Origin: a virus
IMG/VR virus record: IMGVR_UViG_3300042469_000981
DNA length: 64,000 nt
Direction: 5' to 3' (one strand)
Positions 1 to 9,088 of the stretch are shown piece by piece; the first letter of the stretch is position 1, and each line of letters starts with the position of its first letter. The translations under genes were made by a program, and so were the position numbers. The notes under the pieces are model-generated. The model worked only from the letters and a program-made list of their open reading frames with translations, did not search any database and was not told where the DNA came from.

Positions 1-1820
1 TGATCCATCAATGCTGTGTTATCAGTCATCTCAATTACTTTGGATAAATCTACTTGATGTAATGATTTTACTGCCTCATTAAATTGTTCCTCAGTAATTG
101 TTTCATAAGGAGCTTGCTTATAAGTACCTAAATCTTCAGGTAAGAATGAAAGTGCGGTAAAGTATTCTTTGTTTTCATAAAGCCATTCTCCAACAGTACC
201 CCATTCATCTTGTTTAATAGTTACTGTAGCTGATACGTTGTGCATATTAGCACCTTTTCTATGACCTGGTTTGATCCAATTTTTATTAATTGTTTTAATG
301 CGTTCTAACATATCCATAGCTGATTCTTTACGTGTGATTGAACCTTCTGGAGCACGTTGAGGAACAGAAACAATTGATTGTAATGTTGGTTTAAAGAAAT
401 CATCTTCCAACATTTCAGGATGGTACATACTTAAGTAAGCATAAAGTGCTTCATTTTTACCTAAACGAATACGGCGAATATAATAATCATCATGCCAAGC
501 GTGAATGCCTGAACTTGTACCTAGTACTAATGAAGTGGTACCTGAAGGTTTAACTGTAGTGACACGAGCTGCTTTATTAATACCTAATACTTTAGCTAAA
601 CGTTCATTTTCATCACATGCTACCTTAGCTGCTTCTTTCATATTTAATTTAAATACAGCCCCTGAAGCAATACCTGTCATTCCAATACCTAACAATGCTT
701 CTTTTTCAGTTGTTTTTCTCCAAACATCTCTCAAATAATGAAAGTCAGTATATGAGGCTTGTAGTGTACCAATAAATGCTGCTGCTTTAGCTCTTGAGTT
801 ATATTCTTCTTGTGTTTCAATATCTGAAGCATTAATTTCGCACAAGTTACAGAATTGATTAGCTTTCAAGTTAATTTCAGCGCATGGGTTAGTACCAGCA
901 TCTTTATCATTTGTAAATAAGAAACCTGGTTCACCACTGTTAGATGCTTCAATTTTACCCCACAAGTTCATAAATGTTTCTTTATCAATCATGTTACGAA
1001 GTAATACTGCTGAGTTATTAGCACGGCCACGTTGTGGATTATTTTCCCACCAGTTACCAAACTTACAAGTTAACATATTCTCATCATGTAGGTTAAATAA
1101 AGCAATTAAAGCAGCCCTACGAATACCTCCGGATAACACAGCATCAGCTAAGTGACAAATAATGTCATGACATTCTACTGTTGTTAATTTTTCACCATCT
1201 TGTTTACGGTCTAAAATAGCTTGCATATGAATTAAAGCAATTTTCAATGGTTCAGGACCTGGTGCTTTACCACCTACTGTAATCAATGAAGCACCTTTAG
1301 CTCTAATGTCTCTAAAGTCAAATAGAGGAGCAGTTGATGTGTAACCAAAATAAGCTTTAGTCAACATACGAACAGCATCAGCCCATCCTTCAATAGAATC
1401 ACCTACTAGATAACGCTTTGATTTCAAAGGTTTTCTAATTTCAGGTAATTGTTCTACATGGTGGGTTTGAACTGAGTATCCAACTCCACAACCTGAAAGT
1501 AACAAAAACATAATTTCAGAAAATGCTCTGTAATCATCAATTGGTAAATATGAACAGTTAAAAATACGAGCGTTGTTTATTTCAATAGGCTTACCAGCAA
1601 ATTGCATTGAACGCATAGATGGTAGTACTTTTTTGTCATAAACAAACTTGTAAGCGGCTTCAATTTCTTCAGCCAATTCAGGAAATTTCTTCAAGTGCAT
1701 TTCCTTGTTTCGAGTTACTAGCTCGTCCCATGTCTCTCTCCTGTTTTTGTCAGGTACGAATTTCGCGTATTTGAGGTGGGTAGTGATTTCAGACAAAATT
1801 TGTGATTCTGTAGTTAACAT
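1..1820 (-). CDS. nrdJ: Class II (adenosylcobalamin-dependent, monomeric RTPR-type) ribonucleotide reductase; 3' end runs off the window
   Basis: Missing from the ORF track; translated by hand from ATG 1820: MLTTESQILSEITTHLKYAKFVPDKNRRETWDELVTRN...KKVLPSMRSMQFAG...IFNCSYLP...LLLSGCGVGYSV...TNPCAEI...TTVKPSGTSS. The frame stays open to position 3. The RETW, PSMR, NPCAE and KPSGT motifs are RNR hallmarks. Confidence 0.93.
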   Translation of the reverse strand, partial: MLTTESQILSEITTHLKYAKFVPDKNRRETWDELVTRNKEMHLKKFPELAEEIEAAYKFVYDKKVLPSMRSMQFAGKPIEINNARIFNCSYLPIDDYRAFSEIMFLLLSGCGVGYSVQTHHVEQLPEIRKPLKSKRYLVGDSIEGWADAVRMLTKAYFGYTSTAPLFDFRDIRAKGASLITVGGKAPGPEPLKIALIHMQAILDRKQDGEKLTTVECHDIICHLADAVLSGGIRRAALIALFNLHDENMLTCKFGNWWENNPQRGRANNSAVLLRNMIDKETFMNLWGKIEASNSGEPGFLFTNDKDAGTNPCAEINLKANQFCNLCEINASDIETQEEYNSRAKAAAFIGTLQASYTDFHYLRDVWRKTTEKEALLGIGMTGIASGAVFKLNMKEAAKVACDENERLAKVLGINKAARVTTVKPSGTTSLVLGTSSGIHAWHDDYYIRRIRLGKNEALYAYLSMYHPEMLEDDFFKPTLQSIVSVPQRAPEGSITRKESAMDMLERIKTINKNWIKPGHRKGANMHNVSATVTIKQDEWGTVGEWLYENKEYFTALSFLPEDLGTYKQAPYETITEEQFNEAVKSLHQVDLSKVIEMTDNTALMD

Positions 1821-1838
1821 TGTTTTTTTAATAATTTT

Positions 1839-3200
1839 TTAGTTAGATAGTTCGAAAAATCTTTGTTTAATAAGTGCCTTGTCTGATGAATCTATACCTC
1901 CAAAAGTATTAGATTTTTGTGGTGAAGATGATTCTTCGTCTTCTTCTAAATAGGATGATACCTCAAAATGCCCTGTTGAGGTATCTACTTTGACAGAATA
2001 GGTCATACCGTCCATTCCGTATCGATTTTTCATAATGTGAAATCTTCCTGTCCCATTTACTTTATCTTGACGTTTCCTTGATAAGGATATAGCAACATCA
2101 GTAACCATCATTTTATCATAGCTACCTGCTGCTTTATCACCCTCAATAATATCATCTTTTGCACCAGCGCGGTTTACTTGAGATACACTCCAAATAGGTA
2201 GATTTAATTCTCTAGCAAGACCCTTAGTACTAATATAAATATCATCTATTTCATCCTTACGCTCACGATTATTTTTCTTTGAACGAAGAAGATCTACATA
2301 GTCAATAATAATTAGGTCTGGTTTAAAATCTAGATCAATACATTTTTTAATATGTGATTCAATAGTTGATATAGATGCTTTGCCGGTTGGATATTCTTTA
2401 ATAATCAATTGACCTTCCAACTGATTGACTACATCTTCAATTTTAGTTTTATATTTTGTAATATCTTGAACTGATATGTTAGTGAAGAAAGCGTCATATC
2501 TTCGTCCTACATAATCAGCTCCTAATTCTAAAGTATAATGTAAAACATTATAACCTAACTTAACAGCATAACCACCTAAAGCAACTAGTGACCAAGATTT
2601 ACCACCACCTGGACTACCAAATATTAATCCGAAGTCACCATTACCTAAGCCACCTTGAAGTAGTTCATTAAATGATTCCCAAGGTGTAGGAACAATTTTT
2701 CTATGGTCTTCTCTATATCTTGATTCAACATCTTTATTATATTCATGACCCATATTTTTGTCTCCACCTGCTTTAAGTGCATTGTCAATCATTGATCTAA
2801 TTGAATCATAATCTCCAGCATTAAGAAAATCTACACTTGTTAACAATGCTTTTTTAAGCTGTTGGTTTTTACAAAAATTAGAAAATTCTTCCTCAACATA
2901 CTTAAGATCTTCATCTGATGCTTTATATGCTTCTCTTAATTGTTCTTTAATAGATACTTGTAAAACTTCATTATCAATTTTTTTAAGTTCTACTTTAAGA
3001 ACATCCATACTTGGAGTAGTATGATATTTTTGATAATATTTTAGGATTTCTTTAATAATCCAACGGTGTGCTGTGTTGTCAAAGTATTCTTCACTTAACA
3101 CATCTTGAATGTTCAATAGAAATTCTTTATGTGTTAAAAGTGAAGACAGTACTTTAACCTGGAATCCTATTCCGTATTGTGAAAGATTTTGTAATGTCAT
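1839..3200 (-). CDS. DnaB/gp41-like replicative helicase
   Basis: Walker A GSPGGGKS, HYTLE, Walker B region IIIDYVDLL, SQVNR and MKNRYG motifs of SF4 helicases. Confidence 0.92.
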   Translation of the reverse strand: MTLQNLSQYGIGFQVKVLSSLLTHKEFLLNIQDVLSEEYFDNTAHRWIIKEILKYYQKYHTTPSMDVLKVELKKIDNEVLQVSIKEQLREAYKASDEDLKYVEEEFSNFCKNQQLKKALLTSVDFLNAGDYDSIRSMIDNALKAGGDKNMGHEYNKDVESRYREDHRKIVPTPWESFNELLQGGLGNGDFGLIFGSPGGGKSWSLVALGGYAVKLGYNVLHYTLELGADYVGRRYDAFFTNISVQDITKYKTKIEDVVNQLEGQLIIKEYPTGKASISTIESHIKKCIDLDFKPDLIIIDYVDLLRSKKNNRERKDEIDDIYISTKGLARELNLPIWSVSQVNRAGAKDDIIEGDKAAGSYDKMMVTDVAISLSRKRQDKVNGTGRFHIMKNRYGMDGMTYSVKVDTSTGHFEVSSYLEEDEESSSPQKSNTFGGIDSSDKALIKQRFFELSN

Positions 3201-3205
3201 ATAAC

Positions 3206-4243
3206 TTATTTTTTAAAACTGTTTATTACTTTAAATGTATTGGTAATTGTTAATTCAGGATCTTTCATTAGTTTATTTAATCCATCTTCATTATAAAGTA
3301 ACATAAATGCTTTGGTATTCAAAGCTGGAGGTAATTCTTCTGAGAATTCTTCTAGGTATTGTTTTTCTACTTCATCAACTAGTGGTTTTCCTAAATCCAT
3401 AATTTTATAATTATTTCTTAATCGATCCTCATCTTGAAGTACTCGAGCGTAAATAACATGCTCTTTTAATTTTGATTCGGCAATGCCCATTAAGTCATCA
3501 AAAGACAGAGGGCGTTCAAGTAATTCAGGAAACTTTTTAGTAACACCTTTTTTACCTAAACCTTTAATACCCTCTACTTTATCTGAATTATCACCTAACA
3601 GTGTTTTGTATAAAATAAAATTTTCAGCTAATACACCATAATTGCTCTTAATCATTTCTTTGGTATAAAATTCTTTTTCAGCTGGTCTATATACTGTTAT
3701 TTTATTGTTTACTAATTGAATAAAATCTTGGTCATTAGATACAATGAATACCTTAGAACCATGTTTAGTAGACAATATATCACTTAAATAGGCGATAATA
3801 TCATCAGCTTCTACCTTATTCATACTAACTGTTTTAACAGGTAAGCATTTTAAATAATGAATTAACCTAACAGTTTGGTTAACCTTAGAATCATGTTCCT
3901 CTTCTAGTGAATCAAAAACGTCCCAGTTAGTGATTCGAACTAAGTTCCTACCTGATTTGTACTCAGGTAATAGATTCTTTCTGTTTATAGAAGAACCAGC
4001 TCCATCAAATACAACATATACAGAAGTTGGTTGTAATTGATTTACTAAGTAATTTAATGAGCGTAAAAAACCTCCTAGGCCACCAACATGCGCTCCATCT
4101 TGGTTAACCATCTTCATCATAGCAAAATTTCTAAAAAACAAATTCAACCCATCAATAAGCAATACTCGCTCATGAGGGTTTGTTAGTACTTCATCTTCTT
4201 TGGTTACTTTGCCTAGAAGGTTTATCAAGTCGCTCTTTTTCAT
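3206..4243 (-). CDS. Stand-alone 5'-3' exonuclease / T4 RNase H-like flap endonuclease
   Basis: LLIDGLNLFFR, VFDG, YKSGR, EADD, SNDQDF and GDNSDKVEGIKGLGKK motifs. The start is placed at ATG 4243 (MKKSDL) because the track start at 4261 falls inside a promoter. Confidence 0.9.
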   Translation of the reverse strand: MKKSDLINLLGKVTKEDEVLTNPHERVLLIDGLNLFFRNFAMMKMVNQDGAHVGGLGGFLRSLNYLVNQLQPTSVYVVFDGAGSSINRKNLLPEYKSGRNLVRITNWDVFDSLEEEHDSKVNQTVRLIHYLKCLPVKTVSMNKVEADDIIAYLSDILSTKHGSKVFIVSNDQDFIQLVNNKITVYRPAEKEFYTKEMIKSNYGVLAENFILYKTLLGDNSDKVEGIKGLGKKGVTKKFPELLERPLSFDDLMGIAESKLKEHVIYARVLQDEDRLRNNYKIMDLGKPLVDEVEKQYLEEFSEELPPALNTKAFMLLYNEDGLNKLMKDPELTITNTFKVINSFKK

Positions 4244-4251
4244 GTTATTTA

Positions 4252-4281
4252 AATATAACAAATTTTCTTAAATAGGCCAAA
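4252..4281 (-). promoter_or_regulatory. Bipartite promoter TTTGG-N19-TATATT upstream of the exonuclease gene
   Basis: Minus strand GTTTGG cctatttaagaaaatttgt TATATTT; the same 19-nt spacer occurs at five sites. Confidence 0.65.
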
Positions 4282-4282
4282 C

Positions 4283-5377
4283 TTATTCCCCATCCATTAA
4301 GTCTAGAGGAATATCTCTGGTTGATTCATTCCAATCTGATGAATCTTCGATTACTTCAAACTTTCCATCTCCTAGAATGTCTTTCCATTCCATAGAATGT
4401 GCTTTCTTGTAAGTATCAATTTCTTTTTTATCGTCCTGAATAAAACCATGAATAGTAGCGATTACAACACTTTTTGTTTGTAATCCTGTAACGTGGTTCT
4501 TATCACATGACACTTTAGTTCTTACAGCAAATTCTACTTCTTTACCGTCTTTAGTTGCTTTAATTTTACTTGTACCACTATTAGTAATGTTACCAAAAGT
4601 TAATACAATAGAAGCATCCAAAAACATAGTCTCACCATTTTTCATCTTCATTTTAGGTTGTGCCATAATATTTTCAGCTGGTGCAACCCAGATCTTATTA
4701 ATAGCTACCATTGAATTAGTGAATGGTGCGTTTTCTTTTCTAGATAAAGGGAAACGTTGATTAATAAAGTTACCAAATTGTTGAGACATAGCTCCTGCGT
4801 TCCACATAGGATTGTTTTTATTTGCTTCAACACTCATTTTACAAGGTATTGAACCAATTGAATCCCAGAAGAAACACAAGTCATAAGGCAAATTACCTTT
4901 TTTCTGTTCATCCAACAAATCAGCAATAAATTCAGCTACGTCTTCAATAGTACCTAACGATGATCTATCTTTATAAATAAAGAATCCATCATGGTCAACT
5001 ACTTCTCCTGTAGTTTCATCAACTACATCATTAAGTTGGAAACCCATTGTACGAGCGTGTTCCCAGGACCATTTCATTTCAGTAATAATAAAAACAGGTA
5101 AGATACCCATTTTTTGAGCGCTAATTGCTAACTCAAGTAATGCTGTAGTCTTACCTGTATTACTGTGTCCTCTTAATAATGTGATGTGACCTACTGGAGC
5201 ACCAGCTACAGAAATTGAATCTTGTAGTGCTTTTGAGAATGGGATCCATTTTTGTTCTTTAAACTTAACAGTTCCATTCAATAATTTCTTCTCCTTGAAT
5301 TTCTCAAGGTTGAAGTTTGATTTAATCTCTGTAGAGATTGCTTCCGTTAGCGATTCGCTTTTTTTAGGTCTTGGCAT
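4283..5377 (-). CDS. recA: RecA/UvsX-like recombinase
   Basis: Walker A GHSNTGKT, FFWDSIG, and the NKI(W)...KTK/DKNH C-terminal pattern. Confidence 0.85.
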   Translation of the reverse strand: MPRPKKSESLTEAISTEIKSNFNLEKFKEKKLLNGTVKFKEQKWIPFSKALQDSISVAGAPVGHITLLRGHSNTGKTTALLELAISAQKMGILPVFIITEMKWSWEHARTMGFQLNDVVDETTGEVVDHDGFFIYKDRSSLGTIEDVAEFIADLLDEQKKGNLPYDLCFFWDSIGSIPCKMSVEANKNNPMWNAGAMSQQFGNFINQRFPLSRKENAPFTNSMVAINKIWVAPAENIMAQPKMKMKNGETMFLDASIVLTFGNITNSGTSKIKATKDGKEVEFAVRTKVSCDKNHVTGLQTKSVVIATIHGFIQDDKKEIDTYKKAHSMEWKDILGDGKFEVIEDSSDWNESTRDIPLDLMDGE

Positions 5378-5395
5378 AAAATAACTTTAATTTAA

Positions 5396-6235
5396 TTAGA
5401 ACGGCAAATCATTACTTTCATCTTCGTCTTCAAACAAAGAATCAAATTGATCAGCTTTGTTGGCTTTAGGAGCCATAGGTGTTTTTAAAGCATAAGCTTT
5501 AACTGGAGCTACTTCTACTACTGCTTCTTCTTCATCCTCATCTACATCTCCAGAAGCATCTTCAGGTGACAACCAATTTTGCAATACTTCTTTTAAAGCA
5601 TCAAATTCCATTTTTCTTTGAATTTCTAACAATACGGGTTGTTCTTTAAGGAATGTCTGGATTAATGAAGCATCAGAACTTAATGCAGTTGTTTTAGGTT
5701 TAATACGAATTGATGATTTAAGACCTTGACGACCACCAATGTCACCTTTAACTACATCAACGGTAAAGTCTCTACCATCATTGATGTCTGTGTAGTCTCC
5801 ATAATCTTCATCTTCAGCAATACCTAAAAGTTGCATGTAAATTTCTTTACCAAATTCCCAAAGGCGTACTCCTTTTTCTTCCTCACCACGTACAATTACA
5901 GGAGCAAAAACTCTCATTTTTGGGTCTAATTTCTTAGCCAATACCCAGTTTTCACGATCATTGGTTTTACGAAGTTGAGCAGCAAATTCTACAATCGGGT
6001 CTTTTTCATCCCAGTTAGTTAAGGCGTAGATAGGAAATTTTGAAAATCCATAGTGAACAAAAACCTCTTGAAATGGGTTTTTAGGATTCAATTTAGAAGG
6101 AACAATACGAATTTGGTACTTTCCTTCTTCTTTTGGTTTCCAGTAAACTTTTGAGTAATCAATTTTTTCTTTCTTGCCTGTGTTGTTCGTCGACTGTAAT
6201 GAATTTAGTCGTTGTTTGATTGATGCAATATCCAT
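5396..6235 (-). CDS. gp32-like single-stranded DNA-binding protein
   Basis: YWKP...IRIVP...HYGF...VRLWEFGK...GRDF pattern, acidic C-terminal tail ending DLPF, and location in the replication module. Confidence 0.85.
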   Translation of the reverse strand: MDIASIKQRLNSLQSTNNTGKKEKIDYSKVYWKPKEEGKYQIRIVPSKLNPKNPFQEVFVHYGFSKFPIYALTNWDEKDPIVEFAAQLRKTNDRENWVLAKKLDPKMRVFAPVIVRGEEEKGVRLWEFGKEIYMQLLGIAEDEDYGDYTDINDGRDFTVDVVKGDIGGRQGLKSSIRIKPKTTALSSDASLIQTFLKEQPVLLEIQRKMEFDALKEVLQNWLSPEDASGDVDEDEEEAVVEVAPVKAYALKTPMAPKANKADQFDSLFEDEDESNDLPF

Positions 6236-6263
6236 GATTTTTATTTATTAGTTTAATATCGGA

Positions 6264-6293
6264 AATATATGAACGAGGTATTGTATAACCAAG
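6264..6293 (-). promoter_or_regulatory. Bipartite promoter CTTGG-N19-TATATT upstream of ssb
   Basis: Minus strand CTTGG ttatacaatacctcgttca TATATT. Confidence 0.6.
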
Positions 6294-6300
6294 TTAAGGT

Positions 6301-6321
6301 GGGCCCTCTTTTGAAGGGCCC
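6301..6321. terminator. GC-rich hairpin, probable terminator
   Basis: GGGCCCT...AGGGCCC inverted repeat in the intergenic gap; the U-tract on the minus strand is weak. Confidence 0.5.
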
Positions 6322-6339
6322 GTATTTTATTTTTATTTA

Positions 6340-6618
6340 TTAATCTTCATCCTCTTCATCATTGTGTAGGAATGCTTCAATAGCATCTCCTAATAATCCA
6401 CCTTCTGTACCTAAATAATCGTCTATAATATCATCATCCGTAATATTTGCTTGATATAAATCTTTCATTACTTTAGCTACAGCATCATAAAACATGTCTC
6501 TAGCTTCCTGAGATACAGCACTATCCGGATCTTTAGCTTCTTTAGTTAAGCGAGATTGAGTGGTAATTTTATTTTCTACTAACCACTGTTTAGCGTTAAA
6601 ATTGTCTGCTTTTTTCAT
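6340..6618 (-). CDS. Small acidic hypothetical protein
   Basis: ATG at 6618 (MKKADNFNAKQWLVEN); has its own upstream motif and a downstream hairpin. Confidence 0.7.
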   Translation of the reverse strand: MKKADNFNAKQWLVENKITTQSRLTKEAKDPDSAVSQEARDMFYDAVAKVMKDLYQANITDDDIIDDYLGTEGGLLGDAIEAFLHNDEEDED

Positions 6619-6636
6619 GTTTATCAATATGTTATA

Positions 6637-6666
6637 AATATAACAAAGAAATCCTAAATTGCCAAA
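6637..6666 (-). promoter_or_regulatory. Bipartite promoter TTTGG-N19-TATATT
   Basis: Minus strand TTTGG caatttaggatttctttgt TATATTTATA. Confidence 0.65.
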
Positions 6667-6674
6667 CCGGTTTT

Positions 6675-7133
6675 TTACAATTCAACAATCTTATAAACTT
6701 TTGTATTCAATTGTTTCAACTCATTATGGTTGGTTAACAAAATACAGTTTTTATAGTGCTGCCAGTTTACACGGTAAGATGGGTCAACCACTCCTCCGTT
6801 TAACTTTTTTATCAAATCATTCAACGCATTAATAGTATAAAGCGTATTGGTTTCTTTTTTTCTATGTACTAAAATAGTATTCAATGGAATACCTTCTACA
6901 TTACCCTGCTCTACATTATAAGTAATAACATATTCATCTGTACTTTTAACATACAAAACAAACATCTTATTATACATAATAGAATAAGCTCTTGTCAGAT
7001 CATTAATTAAATCATCTAAGCTTTCTAAAGTAGTAAATGTACAAAATAACTTATTATTCACGTCGCGTATGGTGGTTAAATCAAAATCGTATCCACTATA
7101 CATATGTTTATCCTCTTGTAAAATCATAGTCAT
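6675..7133 (-). CDS. Hypothetical protein overlapping the polymerase stop
   Basis: 152-aa ORF with globular composition; overlaps the polA ORF by 26 nt. Confidence 0.75.
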   Translation of the reverse strand: MTMILQEDKHMYSGYDFDLTTIRDVNNKLFCTFTTLESLDDLINDLTRAYSIMYNKMFVLYVKSTDEYVITYNVEQGNVEGIPLNTILVHRKKETNTLYTINALNDLIKKLNGGVVDPSYRVNWQHYKNCILLTNHNELKQLNTKVYKIVEL

Positions 7134-8397
7134 AACCTTTTTTAGTTTTTGTAATTAATTTATATTTTTCAAATACTTTATTTATCTCAAGTTCAATACC
7201 TTCTTCCTTATCTCCTAGTTCAAACAAAAAACTATCATAAGTATATAACACTATCTTAGTTTTCTTACCCCTTAATAACTTATGTATATCCATTAATATC
7301 CTAGTATTAATAGCTGTTTCTATGTTTTGCAACATATAGTTAAAAAGTTTTTGTGGATTCATATTTTCCAGCTTATCCTTTTCAAAGCAATAACCTGAAA
7401 TTGGTACAGTAACTTGACCGGAGTTATTAAACGCCTCCCAATTTATTGCTACAAATTCTTTTACTTTCTTAAAAAATTCCAGATGCTCATACTCTTTAAA
7501 TACACCACCATAGAGTTGTTTAAAAGTGATTTCTTTTGCTTCTTGATAACTGGTTTGGTAGAGGTCTGCAAACGCCTGGTGGACATCTGAAACGCCAAAA
7601 TCATAGGTAAGTAAGCGACCGACAATAGTAGGATGATATGCGCTAATATCGAACTCAACAAATCCATGACTCGATATGTAGCTTCTCCTTGAGCCATCTT
7701 CTTTATTTATTGCTGCGAAATTAACACCATTAAAAGAGTTACTTGGTCTACGGGTTGTTGTAGCCAAATTGTAACTTGTGTAGATCCTATCATCTTGGAT
7801 AGAATAAAATTCTTGATTGAGTTCATAGTGTTTATCAAATTCATATTTATCTATTTTTAATCCGTTTTTTTCAATACCAAAGAATGCTAATACTACCTTG
7901 CTGTTATAAAAATCAAACCAATCGGGTAGTTCCTTAGGTAAAACACTACGAACGTGACTATAAATATGTTCACACTTCTCATAGTGCTTAGTTACCGGTA
8001 TTAGTTTATTGGTTTCTTTATATGTAGGATATTTGGAGTAAAAGTAATTATATACTTTAGGTGGATCTTGTATATACGGAGGAGTGAGTTGGGATAGGTC
8101 GCACAAGCATTTTAATGGAAAATAATATAATGCCTGTTTTTTATCTTGTACCCATACTCGTTCTATTTTTTGTAGTATAGCGTTTATTAACGTTTTATTA
8201 AGCGAGGCTGTTTCGCTATGCGAAACACATAACATATAGCCTTTAGTGTCGTTAAACGGCCTAATATAAACTAATGATATATTATTTAAGGCAGGATGAA
8301 CATTATCATGGTAAGGAATAATTTCAACAAAAGCTTCCTTAATTACTTTTTGTTGTAATACCTCTAAATCTTTATCTGTCTCAATTAGCCAAAACAT
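7108..8397 (-). CDS. polA: Compact family A DNA polymerase with divergent motifs
   Basis: TGR-like TTRRPSN, motif A FVEFDISAYHP, motif B EAKEITFKQLYGG, motif C LYTYDSFLFE; only 429 aa. Confidence 0.82.
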   Translation of the reverse strand: MFWLIETDKDLEVLQQKVIKEAFVEIIPYHDNVHPALNNISLVYIRPFNDTKGYMLCVSHSETASLNKTLINAILQKIERVWVQDKKQALYYFPLKCLCDLSQLTPPYIQDPPKVYNYFYSKYPTYKETNKLIPVTKHYEKCEHIYSHVRSVLPKELPDWFDFYNSKVVLAFFGIEKNGLKIDKYEFDKHYELNQEFYSIQDDRIYTSYNLATTTRRPSNSFNGVNFAAINKEDGSRRSYISSHGFVEFDISAYHPTIVGRLLTYDFGVSDVHQAFADLYQTSYQEAKEITFKQLYGGVFKEYEHLEFFKKVKEFVAINWEAFNNSGQVTVPISGYCFEKDKLENMNPQKLFNYMLQNIETAINTRILMDIHKLLRGKKTKIVLYTYDSFLFELGDKEEGIELEINKVFEKYKLITKTKKGYDYDFTRG

Positions 8398-8413
8398 AAC
8401 CTTTATTGATATT

Positions 8414-8443
8414 AATATAACATCAATATATTATACAACCAAA
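8414..8443 (-). promoter_or_regulatory. Bipartite promoter TTTGG-N19-TATATT upstream of polA
   Basis: Minus strand TTTGG ttgtataatatattgatgt TATATT. Confidence 0.65.
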
Positions 8444-9076
8444 TTATTGGTAGTATTTTGTCCAATCAAATTTTAAGTATTGATCTAAGGCAGGTAATTT
8501 TAAAGTAGTGGAAGTTAATAAAGTATTATCTCTATTTACTTTAGCTGCTTGTTCTTTAGTTCCTGTTAGTTGCCAATCTAAATAGAAAGGAATGTATAAA
8601 GTAAATTGTATTCTAGGATCTTTAGCTACTAATTGATCAAATATATTTTGATTTATTTCAATATATTTATTTTCATTTGTTTTTTTACAAAAATATCTTT
8701 TAAATTCTCCAATTTGATAATCTTGTTGAGATGGTAAAACAGGATTATAATAAGGTAAAATTCTATTTATAGGTAAATATTTAGGATAATCTCTATAATT
8801 AAAATCATTAGGGTATGGAAAGTTTAAAAACCCACCATTAGTACTAATTGAATATTCTGGAGGAGAATTGAATGAATTAACAGAAGGATAAAGTGTTGGT
8901 GGATTTTCAATTAATTCAAAGCTAGGTAGATCTTGAGGTGTTTTGCCTGAAAAATATTTTCCGCTAGATAGTTGATAGTAATATCCTATGTATGTCTCAA
9001 AAGTAGTAGCATTATACAACTCATTACCATTAGTATATAAGTTAAGAGTTATTTGGGACAGAGGATAATAAGACAT
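8444..9076 (-). CDS. Hypothetical protein, probably baseplate-associated
   Basis: 210-aa Tyr-rich ORF directly after the baseplate hub gene. Confidence 0.6.
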   Translation of the reverse strand: MSYYPLSQITLNLYTNGNELYNATTFETYIGYYYQLSSGKYFSGKTPQDLPSFELIENPPTLYPSVNSFNSPPEYSISTNGGFLNFPYPNDFNYRDYPKYLPINRILPYYNPVLPSQQDYQIGEFKRYFCKKTNENKYIEINQNIFDQLVAKDPRIQFTLYIPFYLDWQLTGTKEQAAKVNRDNTLLTSTTLKLPALDQYLKFDWTKYYQ

Positions 9077-9088
9077 ATTTGTTTATAA

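Noticed and set aside
505-738. Short plus-strand and nested ORFs in the track (505..738, 7461..7697, 9161..9361, 13644..13862, 20341..20598, 41655..41930, 49565..49765 and similar)
   Set aside because: They overlap well-supported minus-strand genes and show no motifs or initiation signals.
1-5377. Inteins in RNR, helicase or RecA
   Set aside because: Lengths are ordinary for these families, and no C-x...HN-(C/S/T) splice junctions or LAGLIDADG motifs were seen.
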